Shown here piece after piece: positions 53,670 through 64,000 of a stretch of DNA of 64,000 bases. Numbering within the stretch: the first letter of the stretch is position 1; the number at the start of each line of letters is the position of its first letter. This stretch comes from Octopus vulgaris (lineage: Eukaryota), in the NCBI GenBank assembly GCA_951406725.2, contig OX597825.1, positions 14,322,001-14,386,000 of the forward strand. The letters run 5' to 3'. The notes under the pieces were generated by a model. That model was not told the origin of the DNA. It did no database searches and worked only from the letters and a program-made list of their open reading frames with translations. A program made the position numbers and the translations under genes.

Positions 53670-53716
<47 letters not shown>

Positions 53717-53717
53717 C

Positions 53718-53764
<47 letters not shown>

Positions 53765-53925
53765 ATATATATATATATATATATATACACGTGTGTGTCT
53801 CTGTACATACATGTATATATGAAGAATTTGTGATAAACATAAACTGTAGTATTACACACGCACATATGCATATACCCACACGCATCTACATGCCTATGTA
53901 TACACACACACACACACACACACAC

Positions 53926-53958
<33 letters not shown>

Positions 53959-54327
53959 AACACTCACCCATCTCAGATACAAGTGTCTCGGCATTATTCT
54001 ATTTCATCGCTCTCACTCATTCTCTCACTCACTTTCACCTCTCTCACTCACTCTCTCAATTGCTCTCGCCCTCTCCTTCTCCGTCTCGCTGCCGTAACTG
54101 TCGTACTCGTTCTAATTGCCAGCACAGAATTACCAACGAAGATATAGACCTTTGGCAACACCCACTAAAGGAAGCTTCCAGTAAATACTTCAGGTATTAA
54201 CCTACAATTTGAGATATCTAATGAATGAGATAAGGTGTTATAAAAGATCCCATCGCAAATATGTTTATTAAATCTTCTGTGTTGACAATTTAATATAACC
54301 TCTTTCATCTATTACATTCTCTGTCTC

Positions 54328-54358
<31 letters not shown>

Positions 54359-55956
54359 TCCTCAATTCTCCATTTTAACTCGGGAACACTTGGGTTTGCT
54401 ATCATGACAACACTCATCAATCATTGATGTCGCAGATTATAGTTCATCCCAACGTCAGCTCTGGCAAATATCATATTACCAAACATATTGGCCTGCCGCC
54501 TCTTCATTGTTCCCAAATATCCATAGTTATAGATATTATATTTTACTGGTCTTAAACGTTTAGAAGCGTCTTCCTCTTGATAGAGAACAACTTTCAGCAT
54601 GAAATAACGAAACCTAACATTATCTATGTTATCTATCCAACATATTCGTTGGCTTGACATCTTCGAATGTGTAAATTATAATTCAGTTATGGCCATTGAC
54701 GTAAGGGCTTCGTGCAATAATAACAATCAAGTTTTAAGGAAATGACTCCGTTTTCAGAAATAGAAGATATATTCTGTATTGGAAATAGCTTCGATTATTA
54801 CGGCCGGGTCAAATGATATATGAGCTTAATATTGTAGGCATGAATCCTCAATAAATTCAGATAGTAAAGCATATAATCAGATATTGGAAAAGCTCATTTC
54901 CCAGATTTACAGCAATTGACTAAAATAACTGCAGACACCTGACAAATCTGATTAATTTCACACGCTACAGAAACAAAACCTTGTGGTGAGAAGACGTATT
55001 GTTATATTTTAGTTCTGAAATAAAGTGAAGCTGAATTGGTATATACGTTCTAAGAGAAAGAAAAACTCGCAGGAATAAAGTATTTCACAATTAGATACAC
55101 GTTACATTCAATTTACCGCAGTAGAATTATAATTAGAAAAATATAAATGGGAGCTGGCACAAACACTCAGAATATTGAAGCTTTATTATTTTCGTTTACG
55201 TAACCATCATGTTTGGACTTCCTGATAGAACAAAATAACTGATATAATATTAGCTTTTTTTGTTGTATTTAGTGAGGAACAACAAGCAGCTGTTATATAA
55301 ATGTATGATAGAAAAAATACAAATTGTAAATGATTTGCTAGTTGGAAGATATGTAAAGCAATTTGTTTTATGTACTTGTGATGTTCACAGACTTGTGAAA
55401 CGTTGAATAGTTTTTAGCTATCCGGTTAATCGTAATTACATACTTATATCATATTTTCTCGCCATGTAAATTTTTAAAAGGGTTTGTTCTTTTAGATAAA
55501 ATTCCTTACATATTTGGTGTTAAATAATATTTTATAAGCACTGTATTTAAACCATACAAGCGTGGATCTGCGGCGCGTTGTGTAATGTCATAATGGTTCT
55601 GTAAGTCAAAATACAAATGGTAATCTAAGAGATTCACCAAAGTTTTATATTTTTAAATGTATGAATATTTACTCGACAATTTGAATATTATATTAGACAA
55701 TGATTATGAATTAATATTACATGATAATTAAATAACTGAGATAACATTATGTCCAAAATTCATCACTGTCCAGTTAGCAAAGCATAAATGGATTTGAATT
55801 TTCATATTAGTTTCAAATCTCAGAAAACACCGAACAATCTCTGGAGGAAGAAAGTCGATTACTGTGCTATCGACCACGAAAGCATGAGAAGCAAAGTCGA
55901 TCTCGAAGGAACTTGAACTCAGAGACAGACAAAATGATGTTAAGTATTTTGTCTAG

Positions 55957-57151
55957 CGTTTTAACAAATCTGCCGGCTCGACGCATTGTTTTGAATCTAC
56001 ATATCACGATGCGATTTATGTAGAGGTAATTTTTTCAACGTATCAAAGGAATGTTACTTTTTTTTAAAGCTATGCACAATGTCGAAAATATATGAAAATT
56101 AGCACAGAAAAAAATTACACTGATATTTGAATTGCACTATATTTAAGCGACAATTAATTCTTATTTCGGTTGTGTGAAGTTTAATTTCCCGTAGTTTTAG
56201 TAAAATTAAAACTATAATTAAAAAGAATAATTATTCTCTGGAAAGCTAGAATTAACAACTTAGAATTAACATCTTCAATAAAATAATCTATTTTATTTGG
56301 TGCGTAGGTGTGACATAATGTTGATAGAAGCAACACTCTCTTAAAGTAACGTTATTATCGTTAATCTATATAATAATATTATATAAACGTGGAGGCGCAA
56401 TGGCCCAGTGGTTAGGGCAGCGAACTCGCTGTCATAGGATCGTGGTGTTGATTTCCAGACCGGGCGTTGTGAGCGTTTATTGTGTGGTGGCGAACCTTGC
56501 TGTAATCATTCACCACCACTTACTGTTTCTTCCTGTTTCTATATTAACCTTATTTCAAAAAGACAGCCTTGTCACGCTGAATCTCACAAGAACTACGTTA
56601 AGGGTACATGTGTCAGTGGACTGTTCAGCCACTTGCACGTTAATTTATATAGATACTTTAGAATTTGTAAACCGATAATGTTTTCTGCTACTGCAAAACC
56701 TCTTTTTGGCAGCAACAGTAAACTAGAAGTTGAAAACATGTCAATAACACTAAACTCGTTCTAACGATTCTTCCGGCTCGACGAGTTACTTTGAATACCA
56801 GTAATACGATGCAATTTATGCAGGGATAATTATGTTCCAAATTACAAAAGGAATTTTAATTAGCCATACTTTTCTTACGTATAACACTGTCCAAAATATA
56901 ATATTAAATTTAGCGCAGAAAAGCCAAATGATACTGACTTTTGAATTGCACAAACATTTAATCAAATTGATATTTTTATATTCGTTGTAGGTGTTTAACA
57001 TCGCATAGTTTTACTAAATTTGAAACTATAATTAAAAGAAATTATTTACTGTAAACAACAATTAACAACTTACAACTGACGCCTGCAATATGCTAATGTA
57101 TTTTAATTTGCGTGTGACGTAATGTTATTAGAAGTAGCATCTCTGTTAAGG
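55957..57151 (+). repeat. Old diverged direct duplication of ~390 bp (55957-56346 and 56757-57151)
   Basis: Collinear anchors CCGGCTCGACG, ACGATGC.ATTTATG, TTAGC.CAGAAAA, TTTGAATTGCAC, AAACTATAATTAAAA, AATTAACAACTTA and GTGTGAC.TAATGTT. Confidence 0.75.
56391..56645 (+). mobile_element. tRNA-derived SINE, family C
   Basis: GGAGGCGCAATGGCCCAGTGGTTAGGGCAGCG A-box head and degenerate B box, followed by a non-tRNA body. Confidence 0.65.
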
Positions 57152-57274
57152 TCACAATTTCGTCGGTAGTCTACATAATGATATTACACGAAATATTAGT
57201 CGAAACCAGGTAACTCCGGTACTTATTATTTCACTGTCTTTTGCCGAAACGCTAAGTAAAGTGGGAAAATCACA

Positions 57275-57332
<58 letters not shown>

Positions 57333-57535
57333 CATATGCATATACATGTATGTATATATGTATATATATATGTAAATATATATAAATTTATATACATGTA
57401 TGCATATATATATATATCACCGTGATAGACCAGACTATCAGATGTTGCTGCGCATCGCTAGTCACAATGCACTTCACATTGTTTTAGCCTTCAAATGACG
57501 CCACCCCGCTGGCTAAGCGAGCAGGCCAATATATA

Positions 57536-57918
57536 TCTCTCTATATATAAACGGCAGTTTGTCTGTGCGTGTTTCTGTGTGTCTGTTTGCTTGTACCCTC
57601 ACCCTGACCACGGCTTTCAACCGATTCTGATGAAACTTGACACACACATAGCCCAATGTCATAATTCAAATCTAACGCAGCCAAAATTTTGAAAAGTTTC
57701 CCCAGTTCTGAAAAAAATCGATAAATTCGACATGGAGTCGAGAATCAGAAACACGAACCACAAACTGTCTAGGGGACGCAACTCCATCCTTTTTTAACTC
57801 TCAAAAAATTTACCATCATTTTTTTCCATTTTTTTGCTATTTTTTGGCGATAACTCTCTAAAAATGCTTTATAGTTATTTCCCTTACAAACCTGAGCAAC
57901 GCCGGGCGATACTGCTAG
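57536..57918 (+). mobile_element. Non-autonomous Helitron (copy of 7598-7974)
   Basis: 5' TC...TATATAAACGGCAG; 3' CCTGAGCAACGCCGGGCGATACTG-CTAG followed by T. Confidence 0.78.
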
Positions 57919-58297
57919 TATATATATAATTATACAAATGTATAGAGAGAGAGAGATTGGAAGATAGACAGAGTGAGTCAACGATTGATATTCAGATATG
58001 CTCAATAAGTGAGCAGATAACAAACTCAAAGTGGTACCTTAATCAAGTGAACTCAAAGTCTGAAATCTTTGCAGTAAAGCACGACGATAAGAAGCCTGGT
58101 CAATTGATATTCATATATTAGTGTAAGTAAAGAAATAATCACCTGGATATTTTCGGTTGCTATTTCTGTATAGCTCACTATATATTTACAAGCACACACA
58201 CACTCATGTGCATATTTTATATATCAAAATCAGCCGTGTGTGTTTATTTGCATCATTATCGCTCTCTGTCTCTCTCTTTATATATATATACATTAAA

Positions 58298-58706
58298 GGC
58301 GGCGAGCTGGCAGAAACGTTAGCACGCCGGGCGAAATGCGTAGCCGTATTTCGTCTGCCGTTACGTTCTGAGTTCAAATTCCGCCGAGGTCGACTTTGCC
58401 TTTCATCCTTTCGGGGTCGATAAATTAAGTACCAGTTACGCACTGGGGTCGATGTAATCGACTTAATCCGTTTGTCTGTTCTTGTTTTTCCCCTCTGTGT
58501 TTAGCCCCTTGTGGGTAATAAAGAAATAGGTATTTCGTCTGCCATTACGTTCTGAGTTCAAATTCCGCCGAGGTCGACTTTGCCTTTCATCCATTCGGGG
58601 TCGATAAATTAAGTACCAGTTACGCACTGGGTTCGATGTAATCGACTTAGTCCGTTTGTCTGTCCTTGTTTTTCCTCTCTGTGTTTAGCCCCTGGTGGGT
58701 AGTAAA

Positions 58707-58711
<5 letters not shown>
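58298..58711 (+). mobile_element. SINE family B dimer (full copy plus head-less second body)
   Basis: Second unit starts at 58529 GGTATTTCGTCTGCC directly after AAAGAAATA. Confidence 0.9.
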
Positions 58712-58749
<38 letters not shown>

Positions 58750-59248
58750 CAACACACACAGGGACACATACACTTATATACATACAGACACACATACATC
58801 CATAGATGTATACCTACCTGCCTACTTACCTACATACCGACCTACCTCCTTTCTTGCATACATACATACATACATACATACATAATACATACACACATAC
58901 ATGCATACATAATACATACACACATACATGCATACACACATACATGTACTGTAGCGTAAGTGAGACATGCAGATTGCTGGTAAGACTAACACAAGTTAAT
59001 ATGCTATATAAAGCTGTTGATGTACAAGTTAGTATTAGATTCATCATTGTTATGCAGTTCGTAACTCAGTGCACCGCATAATAAGAAAGACTAGAGGTGA
59101 AGATCTTCACGTAAGCCTCTTGAGTGACACATGAATATTATTTGTTCTATCTAACGCAGAAAGATAATATTGATTTACAATTTGAGCTCGCAATCAAGAA
59201 TTTCTGAGGATGTTATTTCATGTCTCTAGTATTATCTATCTATCTATC

Positions 59249-59423
<175 letters not shown>

Positions 59424-59795
59424 ATAGTGATGAAAAGCTACGTAGAATGTAAGCGTACGAGATATCCTCGAAACTAGACATTGGAAAGTATTTAGTATAG
59501 AAAATTATTTCCGCTGCTACAAACAAATAACTCTGATGGTAGTTGCTAAAGTGATTTTACGTTTGCCTCTTAGCTATTTGAAGAAGTTAATTAAATGAAA
59601 TAGTTAATTACATAGTATGTAACGACTTAGTAATTAATATCTGCCATGAGTTAGCTTTTTTTTTATCGAGAATTTATGCGTAGGTAGGTAGGTAGGTTAT
59701 AGAAGCACTGTTTGGGAGTAGCGGTTAGTATTACCACTTGGAAATTATTAGTATTAGCGGTTAGTATTACCACTTAGCGGTTAGTATTACCATAT

Positions 59796-60015
59796 TGGCA
59801 GAAACCTTAGCACGCCGGGCGAAATGCTTAGCGGTATTTCGTCTGCGTTACGTTGTGAGTTCAAATTCTGCCGAGGTTGACTTTGCCTTTCATCCTTTCG
59901 GGGTCGATAAATTAAGTACCAGTTACGCACTGGGGTCAATGTAATCGACTTAATACCTATGTCTCTCCTTGTTTGTCCCCTTTGTGTTTAGCCCCTTGTG
60001 GGTAATAAAGAAATA
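59796..60015 (+). mobile_element. SINE family B with target-site duplication
   Basis: GGTTAGTATTACCACTTG at 59723-59740 and 60016-60033. Confidence 0.9.
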
Positions 60016-60744
60016 GGTTAGTATTACCACTTGTCTTTCCTCCGTATTTCATGGGAAGAAAATATAGAAACTATTGCAGTATCACGTGAAAGTGGAGATA
60101 GGTGAATATTTGCCGCAGAATTCATGCACGGGATTGTCTTGTATAATGTACCAGAGTGAAAATCAATGCTATAAAAGTGAGTAGGGTGTTGTAAAATATA
60201 GTTTGCTCAAAAGTAAGTGAACTGTATATTACTTTTCTACTAGAAGGACAGACAGCATGAAAATGTAAACTGTATGTTGTGGATTTATTACGACAGATAC
60301 TTAATTTTGACAATAGGCAAGAATTTATTTCAATCAACATACAACCACAGCTTTATGGAAACCAGTGTACACAGAATAAAAGTAAACAGAACCATACAAA
60401 TGAAACTACAAAACTAAAACAAAAGTAAACATTACAAATCTGGACAATATATAAATGGTTAAAGTAGGAATATGGTACAAGTCTCTGCAGTCGGTCGCTC
60501 CTGCAATTCATAGGAAAACACAAACACATGCACACATAAATACAGTAACACACACACACACACACACACATACATATAAATATAGACAGGGAAATCTACA
60601 AGGATCTCAAAGTGGTTTCATATATGTGAAAGACGTTATATATATATTTATGTTTCCACTGAGAAAACATAATTTTTGCTGATGTCACTTTCCAGAGCAG
60701 TAAAACAAGCATACTTAGAAACAAACAAACTGTAAGAAAAAAAA

Positions 60745-61335
60745 ACCTTCGGTCAGGGGATTGCTCCTAGAATGATACTCAGTGAGGGACAAATCTAAGC
60801 AAAAGTTGTTTATGGAAGACCAGTGGTCGCCCACGCATTCCAACCACCCATCTCCAAGGGAAAGGCAAAGACTTCTACAGCCTTGTACCAGTGACGTTGC
60901 AACTCATTTCTTCAGCCGAGAGAACTGGAACGTGAAATAAAATGTCTTGCTCAAGAACAAACACACAGCCTGGTTCTGGAATATATATATGTATATAGGA
61001 TTAAGGCTGCCTTTGGTCATGAATGACAATAACCTAGAAAGTTACCCTCCAACGAACAAGTACGGGCAAGGTTGTTTGTGGAAGACCAGCTGTCCCCGAT
61101 GAATAGCAAGGTCGCTTCTCCTTGCCACCGATGTTGTCCAAGGGAAAGGCCAAGATCGATACAGATTGGCACCAGTGACCTCAGAACTCATTTCTACGGC
61201 TGAGTGAACTGGAGCAAAGCAACGAGAAATAAAGTGTCTTGCTCAAGAACACAACACGCAGCCCAGTCCAGGAAGCGAACTCATTACCTCCTGATTGTAA
61301 ACCCGACGCTCTAAACATGGAGTCACGCGCCTTCA
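60745..61335 (-). mobile_element. Two adjacent degenerate copies of SINE family D
   Basis: Both contain GTTGTTT.TGGAAGACCAG, CCAAGGGAAAGGC and GTCTTGCTCAAGAACA; homologous to 62670-63003. Confidence 0.8.
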
Positions 61336-61987
61336 CAAACGCACATACACACACTTTTTTATAGTGAGCATATTGTGCATACTATGCATATGTGTGTGTA
61401 TATATATATACTTGCATGCAAAGGGCTATAGCACAGCTTCCGCTGAGAAACCATTATGTTAAACCTAGTCTCTCATGAGATGCTGACATTTATACAAGGT
61501 ACCACATACTGAGTCGGAAACCGCAACTACGTGTTAGCATAATGCACACGACACACAGTCACTCATGTACATATATACGCATGATTTCAATGTTGTGTTG
61601 TAGGTTGGTTTACTTGATATTTATACTGTGTTTATTTCGGGTTTGGTGAATGATATTTAAACATTTTCCGTTAAGATATTTTCAAGATTTTTCTTGTTTT
61701 TTTGTGGTTTAAAAAAAAGTTATTTATGGGAGGTCTAAGTGTTCTTCAAAAAGTAACGGTTAGCTTTCGTGAGAAATAAAGTTAACAGAATCTGAGGGCA
61801 CAATTGTAGAGAGTTCTCACTTTTCATTGCTTTATATTTTAGTAATTACATACGTTTAGAAACACGTTTCATTTAGGTTAGCGATGTAATCAGGTATCAC
61901 CATCATTATGTATATAAATTTAAAAAAACTCATCACACACCCACACAAACATATAGGCATACACACATATGCATATATGTATATGTA

Positions 61988-62031
<44 letters not shown>

Positions 62032-62113
62032 TCATATATCATGTATGCATATATATATATATACATAAACATACACATTTTTTTATATGTATTATATATG
62101 TATATTATATATA

Positions 62114-62156
<43 letters not shown>

Positions 62157-62228
62157 GTATTACGTATACATTTTATATATACATATGTATGTATCTATAT
62201 ATCTATATATCTATATATCTATATATAT

Positions 62229-62308
<80 letters not shown>

Positions 62309-62669
62309 ATATATATATATATAAGGCATCTATGTATTATACATGTATATGTATTTATACATTGCTGAATATAATTCGCCCTGTTGGATGTATTTTTAAT
62401 GTATCCATCGAAATATTTGTCGAGGATATGAAGATAAAAATAAGTTACTAACATCTTGAGCATTCGTCTCCATTTTTAATTTTTCTTATGTTCTTTAAAA
62501 TAACCCTTACCCCCCCCCCCCCCGACCCCCGCAGTTAACTCCCACACTAATGTAATCACTGATTCCTCAGAGACTTACGTCACATCTAGCCACTTTGTAA
62601 TTATTCCCCTTGAGCTTTCCTGTATATTGAACATTCATATATATGTATATGTATATGTATATGTATCTA

Positions 62670-63003
62670 AAGACCCCCTTCGGTCAGGCACTGATCATGG
62701 GTTTGCACCTAGAGAGATACCCTCTGAGGCACAAGTCTGGGCAAGGTTGTTTTTATGGAAAACCAGCAGTCGCCCATGCATACCGGCCTCCCCTCTCCAC
62801 GTCACCGATGTTGTCCAAGGGAAAGGCAAGGGCCGATACATCTTGGCACCAGTGACGTCGCAACACATTTCTACAGTTGAGTGAACTGGAGCAACGTGAA
62901 ATAAAGTGCCTTGCTCAAGAACACAACACGCAGCCCCGTCCGGTATTCGAGCTCACAACCTCACGATCGTAAGCTCGACGCTCTATCCACTGAGCCATAT
63001 GCG
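62670..63003 (-). mobile_element. Full-length tRNA-derived SINE family D
   Basis: Minus strand head TGGCTCAGTGGATAGAGCG...GCTCGAATACC and core TGTTGTGTTCTTGAGCAAGGCACTTT. Confidence 0.85.
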
Positions 63004-63025
63004 TATATATATATATATCTATATG

Positions 63026-63109
<84 letters not shown>

Positions 63110-63110
63110 G

Positions 63111-63320
<210 letters not shown>

Positions 63321-63324
63321 CGTG

Positions 63325-63840
63325 GGGAGCTGGCAGAAACACGCCGGGCGAAATGCTTAGCAACATTTCGCCTGTCTTTGTGTTCTGGGTTCAAATTCTG
63401 CCGAGGTCGACTATGCCTTTCATCCTTTTTAGGTCGATAAATTTAATTACTATTCGCGTCCTGGAATCGATCTAATCGACTTGCCTCCTCCCACAAAATT
63501 TCGGTCTTTGTGTGCCTAGAGTAGAAAGATATATATATTTATATACATGTATCATATATATATGTATATATATGTGTGTGTGTGTCTATTAAATATATAT
63601 ATATGTGTGTATAAGGCGGCGAGCTGGCAGAATCGTTAGCACGCAGGGGAAAATGCGCTATCGTATTTCGTCTGCGTTACGTTGTGTGTTCAAAGACGAA
63701 GTCGACTTTGCCTTTCATCCTTTCGGAGTCGATAAATTAACAACCAGTTGTGCCCTGGGGTTGATGTAATCGACTTAATCTTTTTGTCTGTCCTTGTTTG
63801 TCAGCTCAATGTTTAGCCCGTCGTGGGCAATAAAGAAATA
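63325..63840 (+). mobile_element. Two SINE family B copies (about 63325-63530 and 63615-63840)
   Basis: GAGCTGGCAGAA heads and GCCTTTCATCCTTT cores. Confidence 0.85.
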
Positions 63841-64000
63841 TATATATATATTTGCGTATTATATACACAAATACATATGCATGTATTATATATATATATA
63901 TATATATGGTATATTGTGTGTGTATATGCATTATATGTGTGTTTGTGCGGGGGTGGCGAGGAAAATATATAAAAGTCTGGCACAAACCGACTATCAGACG

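Noticed and set aside
54421-54660. 79 aa minus-strand ORF with faint RTE C-terminal likeness (similar case at about 470-565)
   Set aside because: Similarity is too weak to support without a profile search.

Overview
AT-rich, microsatellite-saturated animal genomic DNA. The mix of tRNA-derived SINEs, Penelope-like termini and long (AT)n, (AAT)n and (ATAC)n tracts resembles an octopus/coleoid cephalopod genome (inference from repeat content). I found no convincing host protein-coding exon, so this is probably a large intron or intergenic region, and nearly all ORFs in the supplied track are microsatellite artefacts. The recognisable coding material is transposon-derived: (i) a stop-free, 5'-truncated R4/Dong-like non-LTR retrotransposon C-terminus (CCHC knuckle plus restriction-like endonuclease, RLE) inside an (AAT)n tract, plus four shorter RLE fragments (two at (AAT)n, two of a distinct family at (ATAC)n); (ii) a Penelope-like GIY-YIG relic; (iii) Helitron Rep, RTE and LINE ORF1-like relics. 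Non-coding highlights: about a dozen hammerhead-ribozyme-like motifs from several small Penelope-like families (palindromic stem III, mostly next to (TA)n), head-less SINE concatemers with the same junction at two distant loci, three non-autonomous Helitron copies, three long inverted-repeat pairs and several template-switch-like rearrangements. Coordinates were read by eye and may be off by a few bases; identity statements are visual estimates.
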